A stretch of 64,000 bases of DNA, taken from IMG/VR virus record IMGVR_UViG_3300047564_001460; one strand, given 5' to 3'. Under the pieces are notes generated by a model. The model did no database searches, had not been told where the DNA came from, and was given only the letters and a program-made list of their open reading frames with translations. Of this stretch, positions 1-7,727 are shown piece by piece. The first letter of the stretch is position 1. The number at the start of each line of letters is the position of its first letter. This stretch comes from an uncultured virus (IMG/VR IMGVR_UViG_3300047564_001460) (lineage: Duplodnaviria > Heunggongvirae > Uroviricota > Caudoviricetes). The position numbers and the translations under genes were made by a program.

Positions 1-66
1 GTATCGGGGGGTCGGATCCTGACATTTGTCAGGCGTCGGGGGGGTTTAATTTCGTTTACGATTAGC

Positions 67-95
67 TTGATTTTCGCGGTGCGTTTTGCTAATCT
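67..95 (+). promoter_or_regulatory. sigma70-type promoter of the first transcription unit
   Basis: TTGATT(67-72)-17 bp-TAATCT(90-95), with TG extension. Confidence 0.6.
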
Positions 96-168
96 TTAAT
101 CATGCGATCGACATTGATCGCTACCGAGTCAGGCGGGTTCCTGACAAATGTCAGCAAAGGGTTCTAAC

Positions 169-678
169 ATGCATGCTAGCACAACGTCAACAGTAGTAGT
201 CGCGGCCGATCAACTCAATGCGGCCGAGGCGATCGGTATCCTCGACGCGGCCCGTCAGGCCGTAGGCGATGCGGTCAGCAAAACCGGCGAGGTTATCGCT
301 AATTATGCAGGTGCACTCTGCGCGGTTTTCGGCCGGACCTGGTTCGAACTCAAGGGTAAGGAAGCCAAGGGTATCCGAGGCGAGCGTGCCAAGTTTGTTG
401 AAATGATGCTCGATCGCGGTGTCGCGGAAGGTTCGGTGGATAAGTATTGGCAGCGCGTCAAAGAGGCGAGCGGGTATCAAACGGCGGGTAACCGTGTGAC
501 CGCTGTCGCGACTCCCGATCAAAAGGTACTTGGCTACCTGCGCAGTGCGATCAACTTGGTTTTGACCTGCGAAGATGAAGGGGTCGATCTTCAAGCGTCC
601 GACTACAAGCATATCCTGATCGAAACCTTCCTCGCGCTCGGCGGGAAAGAAGAAGCCTTGGATTCGAAGGCTAAGTAA
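169..678 (+). CDS. Pre-early hypothetical protein
   Basis: Long ORF downstream of the promoter, GC-rich codon usage; ATG at 169 follows AAAGGG (alternative start 148). Confidence 0.8.
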   Translation: MHASTTSTVVVAADQLNAAEAIGILDAARQAVGDAVSKTGEVIANYAGALCAVFGRTWFELKGKEAKGIRGERAKFVEMMLDRGVAEGSVDKYWQRVKEASGYQTAGNRVTAVATPDQKVLGYLRSAINLVLTCEDEGVDLQASDYKHILIETFLALGGKEEALDSKAK

Positions 679-741
679 TCAACGGGGGGGGATCCCCCCC
701 CTCAAATCCTGACAATTGTCAGGTTTCAAAAGGAAGCTGAA

Positions 742-819
742 ATGGATCAATTTGTAATGGGTTTCATGGTTGCAATGCTGTTAGTAGTCGCAACGCTAAC
801 CACCACGGGAGTGATTTAA
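742..819 (+). CDS. 25-aa hydrophobic peptide (MDQFVMGFMVAMLLVVATLTTTGVI)
   Basis: AAAGGAAG RBS; its TAA abuts the ATG of the next gene; below the ORF-track cutoff. Confidence 0.55.
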   Translation: MDQFVMGFMVAMLLVVATLTTTGVI

Positions 820-1011
820 ATGGACCTTCATGTTTTGCCCGCCTATGGGCGTGATTACAAGAGCAAGTCGGCAGTCCTGGCCGATTGGCTGGCCGGAAAG
901 GATTTCATCGACGCGCGCACTGGCCGGTATCTCAGCATACGCGACGCAAAAGAGTACGCGCTCCAAGTCTGGATCCGGTACGACAAGCAAAGAAAAATAA
1001 TCAAAACCTGA
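820..1011 (+). CDS. Small early phage protein (PAYGRDYKS motif)
   Basis: GGAG RBS; motif recalled from early genes of other podoviruses; stop codon lies inside a palindrome. Confidence 0.75.
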   Translation: MDLHVLPAYGRDYKSKSAVLADWLAGKDFIDARTGRYLSIRDAKEYALQVWIRYDKQRKIIKT

Positions 1012-1031
1012 CAATTGTCAGGTCCCAAATC

Positions 1032-1061
1032 AAACCCGCCTCGGCGGGTTTTTTCGTTTTT
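1032..1061 (+). terminator. Intrinsic terminator
   Basis: AAACCCGCC-TC-GGCGGGTTT followed by T tracts. Confidence 0.85.
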
Positions 1062-1445
1062 GTCGGCCCGAAAATCGGGCCTCGATAAAGTTACGTGAAC
1101 CGATATAGTTTTTATTTTGCGGTACGATCGTGGTACGTTTTTCCTTTTGTTACGTTTCAAATGTAACTTTGCTGTTTAAACATTTTAAACATACCAGTTC
1201 CCTGTGCGGGGGTAGTGTACCACAAAGTTACAAATTGAAAACGTAACTTTATCTAATCGTGATACGGTTTTCATATTGTTACGTTTGAAAGTGTAACAAA
1301 CCAGTTCCCTGTGCGGGAGTAGAACGTACCTCAAGTTGGTAAACTGACAATTGTCAGTTAACTTTATAACTTTGTACCACAATGTTAACGGTAAAGTTAC
1401 GTTTCGGGGGTATAAAGTTACGTTTTAAAATCGACCTCGCGCTTG

Positions 1446-1458
1446 TAAGTCCTTGATT
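1446..1458 (-). promoter_or_regulatory. IHF-binding consensus site
   Basis: Reverse complement AATCAAGGACTTA matches WATCAANNNNTTR. Confidence 0.6.
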
Positions 1459-1644
1459 ACAAAGGAATTACCGTTATAAAGTTATAAGTTACGTTTTTTT
1501 GGCAAAATGCATGGGCAGTTTTTAAAAAAGCCTCTCGGCAGGTGCGCCTAATACTATTATAATATTTAGTACAAGTTGGCTACCCCATTCATTTTTCAGT
1601 ATAACTTTATAACTTATTAACTCTATACTAATAATATATATATA

Positions 1645-1657
1645 AATCAAGTACTTA
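1645..1657 (+). promoter_or_regulatory. IHF-binding consensus site
   Basis: AATCAAGTACTTA matches WATCAANNNNTTR and is preceded by an AT tract. Confidence 0.65.
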
Positions 1658-1754
1658 CAAAAGTTACGCGTGCAATAATTTCTATAACCAAAACGTAACT
1701 TACGTAACTTTGTCACACAATTTGAAGAAAGCAGCTTTTTGCACCCTAAAATAT

Positions 1755-1783
1755 TTGACTTAGGGGTTAGATTGTGGTATAAT
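1755..1783 (+). promoter_or_regulatory. Strong sigma70 early promoter
   Basis: TTGACT-17 bp-TATAAT with extended -10 TG. Confidence 0.85.
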
Positions 1784-1945
1784 ATATATTGGGGTATACA
1801 AACAAACGTAACTTATCACTTTGTCACACAAACAAGCCAAACACACTCAAACCCATTTATAACATTGCAACACAATCTGCTCACCCACAAACTGCCCCAA
1901 AACCTGACAATTGTCAGCCTGTAAAACCAAACCAAGGAGCTACTC

Positions 1946-2269
1946 ATGCGCACCACCGACACACGTACCACCAACCCACTCAACCAACACAAACTCATGA
2001 ACACCGACGATCTCGAACCGATCGACCCCATCACCGGAAACCCAAACACCAAGTGGCACACCTGCATCACTTGCGGAGACGACGTGCACGAGCAACGCTG
2101 GAACCTGGGCCACTACACCTGCCTCTTTTGCGGTGAAGCCGATGCGCAAGCAGCTCGGCGTTCCTGGTGCGTGGTGCAGGAATACGGCAAAGGCCCCTAC
2201 CAATTCATTACGTCTGCTTCTGCACCCACAACCCTCAAGCAAACCAACCAAAAAGCACTGCGCGATTAA
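1946..2269 (+). CDS. C4 zinc-finger protein (DksA/TraR-like finger)
   Basis: CITCG-x14-CLFC; AAGGAG RBS. Confidence 0.65.
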   Translation: MRTTDTRTTNPLNQHKLMNTDDLEPIDPITGNPNTKWHTCITCGDDVHEQRWNLGHYTCLFCGEADAQAARRSWCVVQEYGKGPYQFITSASAPTTLKQTNQKALRD

Positions 2270-2308
2270 CAACCAACAACCTGACAAATGTCAGGAAAGG
2301 AGAATGAG

Positions 2309-2758
2309 ATGAAAGACATTATTGTTTGCGATTTAGATGGGACGCTCGCTAACTGCGAGCACCGTGTGCACTATGTGCGGAACAAACCTAAAAACTGGGA
2401 TGCGTTCTACGCAGGAGTGCGGGGGGATACGGTGAATGCACCTGTGCTGCACGTTTTGTATGTGTTTATGGATTACGAAGGAGGGGAGCACCCGATTATT
2501 TTTTGCACAGGCAGACCTGAGCGTTGCCGTGCCGATACCGAGTGGTGGTTGCGTGAGGTATGCCACATAAGCGACTACACCTTGCTCATGCGCAAAGATG
2601 GCGACTTCCGTGCCGACTACGTAGTAAAGCAGGAGATTCTCGACCAGCACATACCCAAAGACCGTGTGCTGTTTGTGCTCGACGACAGGCAGCAGGTTGT
2701 CGATATGTGGAGGCGCAATGGGTTGGTTTGCTTTCAGGTAGCTGAGGGGAACTTTTGA
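2309..2758 (+). CDS. HAD-superfamily phosphatase (T4 PseT/Pnkp phosphatase-domain-like)
   Basis: DLDGTL motif I, CTGR motif II, LDDRQQVVDMWR motif IV. Confidence 0.88.
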   Translation: MKDIIVCDLDGTLANCEHRVHYVRNKPKNWDAFYAGVRGDTVNAPVLHVLYVFMDYEGGEHPIIFCTGRPERCRADTEWWLREVCHISDYTLLMRKDGDFRADYVVKQEILDQHIPKDRVLFVLDDRQQVVDMWRRNGLVCFQVAEGNF

Positions 2759-2789
2759 AAGCTGACAAATGTCAGGAAAGGAGAATGAG

Positions 2790-3110
2790 ATGAGTGCGGA
2801 CATGGGGCAGTTCGATGCGAGGAAAACCACCCCATCGAGTAAAGAAGCGCAGGATCAAGTATTTGCAAAGTTTAAACAAAGGAGGGTTAGTGAAATGAAA
2901 GTAAAGACAAACGACGAGGAAACAGGCAAGTGGGTGGTTATTAACTTCTTCCCACATGAACCTGCGCATGTGTACGGCTTCTTCGACACCGAGAAGGAAG
3001 CTATTGAGTATGCGGTGAAGCACAAGATGGACATGTATGGGAACGCGTTCGACGTGCAGATGGTGCTGAATGCGCACTATGAATACACAAAAAGGGAGCC
3101 GTGGGAATGA
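2790..3110 (+). CDS. Hypothetical early protein
   Basis: AAAGGAG RBS, ORF with ATGA overlap. Confidence 0.75.
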   Translation: MSADMGQFDARKTTPSSKEAQDQVFAKFKQRRVSEMKVKTNDEETGKWVVINFFPHEPAHVYGFFDTEKEAIEYAVKHKMDMYGNAFDVQMVLNAHYEYTKREPWE

Positions 3111-3229
3111 AGATGTATGTGTACGTGGATAAGAAGTTGATTGTCGTGGAGACAAACCTTGCGTGGGCACTGCCCTACTGGAAACAACGCAAAGCTATAA
3201 ACAAATCCATCACATGGAGCGTGAAATGA
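3107..3229 (+). CDS. 40-aa hypothetical protein
   Basis: Fills the gap with ATGA overlaps at both ends (MKMYVYVDKK...). Confidence 0.6.
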   Translation: MKMYVYVDKKLIVVETNLAWALPYWKQRKAINKSITWSVK

Positions 3230-3582
3230 GAAAGATCGAGAAGTTAGTTTGTGGTGCGTTCGTGAAGCGGGAGATCGCAGGTCAAGGCAACACTGCGTCA
3301 TTCGGCAAAACCCTCTCATTGCACCGCAATCGTATTGCGCGGTGGGTGGAGGTCAAAGACTCATTCGGTAAAAACGCGATCGAGCTGGAGATCAGTCTTG
3401 CTGGGTGGAACACGCCGACAACAAGAAGCAGGTTGAATGCTGTACTGACCCTTCTTGAGTATCCATACCGTGTGCACACCGTCAAAGGTCAACCATACCT
3501 TGGTAATTGGAAGATACCGACCGATGAGTTCTTTCGAGTGGATGCATACCTGATGCAGAGTCGAGAAGCGTGGAGGGACTGA
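3226..3582 (+). CDS. Conserved phage early protein (MRKIE...GWNTPTTRSRLNA type)
   Basis: GGAG RBS; recurrent phage motif. Confidence 0.75.
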   Translation: MRKIEKLVCGAFVKREIAGQGNTASFGKTLSLHRNRIARWVEVKDSFGKNAIELEISLAGWNTPTTRSRLNAVLTLLEYPYRVHTVKGQPYLGNWKIPTDEFFRVDAYLMQSREAWRD

Positions 3583-4025
3583 TGGAGCAGTTAACTGAAC
3601 GAGAACGGATTAGCCGACTGACATATGTCAGGAAGATGGTTGCAAAAGATGGACTGCCGTTGCGTGTCGGCGACTGGTGGGAGACGGTGCCTGTTGAAGA
3701 AGGTAACGGTGTGTTCGTGCACAAGCTGCGCATACGCTCGCTTACTGATAGCAGACAGAAAACCAGAATCATTCAATCCAACCTCATCGTGGACAGCGTA
3801 TCGGGGGGCTTAGATCGAGTAAGGGCTGATGGGTGGAGGATAGCCTTCGGACACTTTATCTGTGACACACCGCCTGACAGCCGACTCAACCTCACGAGGG
3901 TTGACGAGAAGCTGTACCCCATGCTCAACCTGATGCTCAATGATCTGTTTGCTGAGGCAGGACTGCGGATGCGGGTGAGGGGCAGAAGAAACTTCAATGT
4001 ATACAGAGATAGGGACAACATATGA
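3582..4025 (+). CDS. Hypothetical early protein
   Basis: GGAGG RBS, coupled to neighbours. Confidence 0.7.
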   Translation: MEQLTERERISRLTYVRKMVAKDGLPLRVGDWWETVPVEEGNGVFVHKLRIRSLTDSRQKTRIIQSNLIVDSVSGGLDRVRADGWRIAFGHFICDTPPDSRLNLTRVDEKLYPMLNLMLNDLFAEAGLRMRVRGRRNFNVYRDRDNI

Positions 4026-4609
4026 AAGATGCAAAAAAACTAAACGACGCGCAAGCACACGGGGGGTTGGTCATGTGTAAGGAGTCCGAGATACCGAAGC
4101 GGGAGCAGTTGAAACTTATTCTGGAGGAGCACGAGAGACCCTGGGACAAGGAGCCGGACGAGCTATGGTTTGCCATCACGATAAGAAAGAAGGTGGAGCA
4201 GACGATATTCAAGCAGACCTTCGAGTGTGAGATCAGGAGACACCCATCCATGTTGCACCTGTGTGGGTACTTGAGTTTTGTTGTCAGCAGGAGAGCAAAG
4301 GGGTTCGACCCCAAGCAGCTATTCAACATCGTCGAAGAAGCACCGCATGGAGGGGTGACGTACAAAAGCTATGACAGCAAGTACCGTGCGATGGTGATTG
4401 GGTTCGACTGCGCACACATGACTGACTTTTCGCCTGGGTTGTACTTTCCTACGGACGATGGAGCTGTTTGGAGGTTGTCGGGCAACCCCAAGAACTACAA
4501 GACCGAAGCGTTTGTGCGGGAGCAGTTGAACAAGTTAGCCGAGGAGGTCGCAGTGCAGTTGATTGCGTTGGGTTGGTGCGAAGCTGACATTTGTCAGGAG
4601 GGACTGTGA
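4022..4609 (+). CDS. Conserved phage protein (CGY...HGGxTY...GFDCAH family, possibly metal-binding)
   Basis: HLCGY, HGGVTY and IGFDCAH motifs. Confidence 0.75.
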   Translation: MKDAKKLNDAQAHGGLVMCKESEIPKREQLKLILEEHERPWDKEPDELWFAITIRKKVEQTIFKQTFECEIRRHPSMLHLCGYLSFVVSRRAKGFDPKQLFNIVEEAPHGGVTYKSYDSKYRAMVIGFDCAHMTDFSPGLYFPTDDGAVWRLSGNPKNYKTEAFVREQLNKLAEEVAVQLIALGWCEADICQEGL

Positions 4610-4992
4610 ATAAATTCTTTGCACTTGCCCCAAACGTTCAGCGAGCGTTGAACAAGTTGAAGATTGATCTTGCGGGTGAAGACAGTGTGCAGATAGTTTT
4701 AGCGTCTGCGTTAGAAAAGGGAGAGTGGTATCTATCCATACGTGCTGTGAGTTTTAAAGAGATACTTGATGGGCCGAGGTATGGCTTCTTTAAGATGGGT
4801 GAGCTTATATCTACGGAAGAATCTATTCTAGGTGCGTATGTACACGGGTGGATGATTGGTGATGATAGTTACATAAGAAACACAGATAATTTGGTAGCAC
4901 TGTACTTTGATAAAGTTTTGTTTTACACTGTCAATAGAGATTTGTATCCTATACTCGAATCGTTACTAAAAGAGAAACAGCAAACACATTGA
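4606..4992 (+). CDS. Hypothetical protein
   Basis: GTGA overlap; GGAGG RBS directly after a palindrome; AT-richer sequence. Confidence 0.7.
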   Translation: MNKFFALAPNVQRALNKLKIDLAGEDSVQIVLASALEKGEWYLSIRAVSFKEILDGPRYGFFKMGELISTEESILGAYVHGWMIGDDSYIRNTDNLVALYFDKVLFYTVNRDLYPILESLLKEKQQTH

Positions 4993-5001
4993 AAGGAAGC
5001 G

Positions 5002-5193
5002 ATGATGCCGATTACGTTCACACTGACCGAGATCATATTACTTATAACAAACACGCTGGCTGTGGGCTACGCACTGCACTACTGGGATGCGCATAGGAAA
5101 GCGAGCTTCTTTTTAGAGAACATCTTCACTGACCTGGACTTTCGAAAGAGAGTGCTGAAGGACTACGACGAGTTCGCAGCGAAACACGGGTGA
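5002..5193 (+). CDS. Small membrane protein
   Basis: N-terminal hydrophobic helix; AAGGA RBS. Confidence 0.65.
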   Translation: MMPITFTLTEIILLITNTLAVGYALHYWDAHRKASFFLENIFTDLDFRKRVLKDYDEFAAKHG

Positions 5194-5447
5194 AAAAGAA
5201 TCAAAACATTGGCGATGAAAATCACACATACCAGTTCCAAGGAGAAAGAATGGACGACGTACAAGATCGGTTCAATGATTTGAATTACCACTGGAGCATC
5301 TACGCCAAAAATTATGGCTACAGTGAGCAGTCACGCAGTGTGCTGTACCAAACCTACAAAGCTGGCTGGCTTGCAGCTAAGTCAGAAGACAAACGAATTG
5401 TGAAAGGCGGTGAAGAATGGCGACTACTGGACAACGACCAAGCGTGA
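5190..5447 (+). CDS. Hypothetical protein
   Basis: ORF in the operon; true start may be the internal ATG after AAGGAG. Confidence 0.6.
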   Translation: MKKNQNIGDENHTYQFQGERMDDVQDRFNDLNYHWSIYAKNYGYSEQSRSVLYQTYKAGWLAAKSEDKRIVKGGEEWRLLDNDQA

Positions 5448-5749
5448 AGAAGAAACCCAAAAGAGCATCCCCCGTTATCCCCCCAAAAAAGATCAAGGTG
5501 AACGACAAGTGTCTCGACATGCACTGCATGGAGGACATGCGCAAGGCAAACAAAGACAAAACGTTTGAGATCTACGTGCGTACACCCATCGACATCAAGT
5601 TGAGGAAGTTTTGTTTCGTGACATACGGAGACAATCGGTTACTTGTGGACTACGTGACGGGCAGTATTTATTCAACGGTTGATGGGTACTGTACGAGCAC
5701 TAATCAACTGCGCTTGGTCTCGCCGATTAATCTTGATTACACCCACTGA
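5417..5749 (+). CDS. Hypothetical basic protein
   Basis: ORF in the operon. Confidence 0.6.
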   Translation: MATTGQRPSVKKKPKRASPVIPPKKIKVNDKCLDMHCMEDMRKANKDKTFEIYVRTPIDIKLRKFCFVTYGDNRLLVDYVTGSIYSTVDGYCTSTNQLRLVSPINLDYTH

Positions 5750-5780
5750 AACTGACAAATGTCAGGAAGGAGAAGAATCA

Positions 5781-5936
5781 GTGAAACAAATTAAGACTTG
5801 GAATGAACGGTGTGACGAACACCCAGACCACCAGCAGGGGATGATTAGCGAAGGAATGATTAGAGCGAGGATGCAGGAAGAAATTGACGAACTGCGCCAA
5901 GCACTAGAGGAAAAGCTAAAGGAGAAGAACACATGA
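5781..5936 (+). CDS. Small protein ending LRQAL-EEKLKEKNT (modular family)
   Basis: Palindrome plus AAGGAG RBS, then GTG. Confidence 0.7.
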   Translation: MKQIKTWNERCDEHPDHQQGMISEGMIRARMQEEIDELRQALEEKLKEKNT

Positions 5937-6121
5937 GCAAAGATACAGGCGGCCCAGCGTTTCCGCTGTTTGCGGCAACAGGCCATAGCGGTATGACTTT
6001 GCGTGATTACTTTGCAGCTAAGGCTATGCAAGCAATAGCGCAGAAATACAGCCATGAAGGGGATGTTTCACGCAACGCATACAAAATTGCAGATGCTATG
6101 TTGAAAGCGAGGGAGCAATGA
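5933..6121 (+). CDS. Conserved small phage protein (GGPAFP...GMTLRDYFAAKAMQ family)
   Basis: Characteristic motif of a widespread phage early family. Confidence 0.8.
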   Translation: MSKDTGGPAFPLFAATGHSGMTLRDYFAAKAMQAIAQKYSHEGDVSRNAYKIADAMLKAREQ

Positions 6122-6375
6122 ACAAGGAAAATCCAGTGGCGTGGTTTTCTACATCACCTGACGGAAAATTATCAAACAAATTTGCTTGTAAACCAACGGA
6201 AGGTAATTGGGTTGAACCCCTCTACACCGCACCACCAAAGCGTGAGTGGGTTGGTCTGACTGATGAGGAAAAGAGTGACCTGTGGTGCGAATCAACAGGA
6301 CGAGATTGGGTGAATGAGGACACCCATGTGTTTGCTGACGCCATCGAAGCCAAGCTAAAGGAGAAGAACACATGA
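6118..6375 (+). CDS. Modular-family protein (PVAW...PLYTAPP...WVGLT...AIEAKLKEKNT)
   Basis: Blocks shared with neighbours. Confidence 0.8.
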   Translation: MNKENPVAWFSTSPDGKLSNKFACKPTEGNWVEPLYTAPPKREWVGLTDEEKSDLWCESTGRDWVNEDTHVFADAIEAKLKEKNT

Positions 6376-6785
6376 ACTTCCGTATCAAAGACATCAAACA
6401 AGTAGTCCTTCATGCCCAAGGCGGAAGCGGTGGAACAGGCTATATGACAGGAGCAAAAACAATGAGCAGAGAAGCTATGCAACTGGCGCTTGAGGCGCTG
6501 GAGTTATATCAAAGCAGGATGTGCGTTCAAATGTTTGACGAAGCCATCACCGCCCTGCGCCAAGCACTGGAAGAAAAACGAGAGCCGGTTGGCTACTTCA
6601 GCGTCAACGATTACGGGCGTTGGGAAGAAAACGAAGGTACATATGGTGAACCCCTCTACACCGCACCACCAAAGCAATGGGTTGGGCTGACGGCTTATGA
6701 AATACAAGAGATCTATTCAGGAAATCAGCACTGGGGCAATTTTGCTTGCGCCATCGAAGCCAAGCTAAAGGAGAAGAACACATGA
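6372..6785 (+). CDS. Modular-family protein (second in-frame start at 6462, MSREAM)
   Basis: Shared blocks; AGGAG RBS before 6462. Confidence 0.8.
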   Translation: MNFRIKDIKQVVLHAQGGSGGTGYMTGAKTMSREAMQLALEALELYQSRMCVQMFDEAITALRQALEEKREPVGYFSVNDYGRWEENEGTYGEPLYTAPPKQWVGLTAYEIQEIYSGNQHWGNFACAIEAKLKEKNT

Positions 6786-7192
6786 GCAGAGAAGCTATGA
6801 AGCTGGCGCTTGATATGTTGAACGAGATTGCGGATGACGTGTATTGCGACCAAAAATTAGAAGGAGTCATCACCACCCTGCGCCAAGCACTTGTCGATGA
6901 CGTAAACACATCGCAAGAACGTGTCGATGAAACGACGAAACAAGAACATGAGCCGGTGGCGTGGATAAGCGATAGTCCAACGAAAGGCAACGGTAAGCAA
7001 CTGCACTGGGCTAAAGCAGAAGCGTGGAGATGGTCAAGCAATATCACGCCCCTCTACACCACACCACCAAAGCGTGAATGGGTTGGGCTGACGGATGAGG
7101 AGATTCTTGCTGAAATTCCTATAACCACTATCAGACCTGCAACAACATTTGCAAGAGCAATCGAAGCCAAGCTGAAGGAGAAGAACACATGA
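6782..7192 (+). CDS. Modular-family protein
   Basis: MSREAM...LRQAL...EPVAW...PLYT...AIEAKLKEKNT. Confidence 0.8.
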   Translation: MSREAMKLALDMLNEIADDVYCDQKLEGVITTLRQALVDDVNTSQERVDETTKQEHEPVAWISDSPTKGNGKQLHWAKAEAWRWSSNITPLYTTPPKREWVGLTDEEILAEIPITTIRPATTFARAIEAKLKEKNT

Positions 7193-7422
7193 ATGAAATC
7201 GAATTAGTAATTGTCAAGATGGCGCGGGAAGCGGGGTTTCGTGTTGGCCCGTCCCGAGATGGGCCTGATGATGTGTGGGGCATTGGTGTAAACCTTGAAC
7301 GCTTCGCTGCCCTTGTTGCTGCTACCGAGCGTGAGGCGTGTGCGAAGGTGTGCCTTGAAGAAGCACCAAGTCTTGATGGGCAGTTGTGCGCCGACGCCAT
7401 ACGAGCAAGGGGACAGGCATGA
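7189..7422 (+). CDS. Conserved small phage protein (ERFAALV..EREACA..CADAIRARG family)
   Basis: Recurrent phage motif. Confidence 0.75.
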   Translation: MNEIELVIVKMAREAGFRVGPSRDGPDDVWGIGVNLERFAALVAATEREACAKVCLEEAPSLDGQLCADAIRARGQA

Positions 7423-7727
7423 AGGACTACCTGGCAGGCCAGAGAAGAACAATGGCTGAAAACAAAACAGCAAAGACACCAACGGATGGTGGAACAGGTT
7501 TTATCGACGGTGTGTGGCATGGGCCTACGGCGTGGCAGTGTCAATGCGGCAAACCCTATACGGTCACTTGTATTTCAAGCACACCGTTAAAGCGTGAATG
7601 GGTTGGGCTGACGGATGATGTTGTGTTTGAGCTAGCAGACACAAACCTTTACGAAGGTGGCAAGAATTTTGGTGTGCTGGCGTTTGCTAAAGCGATTGAG
7701 CAAGCCCTAAAGGAGAAGAACACATGA
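7419..7727 (+). CDS. Modular-family protein
   Basis: KREWVGLTD...AIEQALKEKNT. Confidence 0.75.
   Translation: MKDYLAGQRRTMAENKTAKTPTDGGTGFIDGVWHGPTAWQCQCGKPYTVTCISSTPLKREWVGLTDDVVFELADTNLYEGGKNFGVLAFAKAIEQALKEKNT

Larger units (their letters stand above)
1087..1831. repeat. AT-rich non-coding region with about 12 AAGTTACGTTT-like iterons in both orientations and an 18-bp direct repeat
   Basis: GTTAC/GTAAC repeats at 1087,1149,1162,1224,1240,1278,1393,1414,1486,1660,1691,1702,1804; ACCAGTTCCCTGTGCGGG at 1193 and 1300. Confidence 0.85.
5913..7727 (+). repeat. Five copies of the gene-junction repeat AAGGAGAAGAACACATGA, plus other conserved coding blocks
   Basis: Copies end at 5936,6375,6785,7192,7727; a 37-bp identity CGCCATCGAAGCCAAGCTAAAGGAGAAGAACACATGA at 6339 and 6749. 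Confidence 0.95.

Noticed and set aside
1185..1924. Short ORFs in the AT-rich region
   Set aside because: No RBS, non-ATG starts, composition dictated by the repeats
5913..7727. CRISPR array
   Set aside because: Repeats are hundreds of bp apart, irregularly spaced and protein-coding; no cas operon
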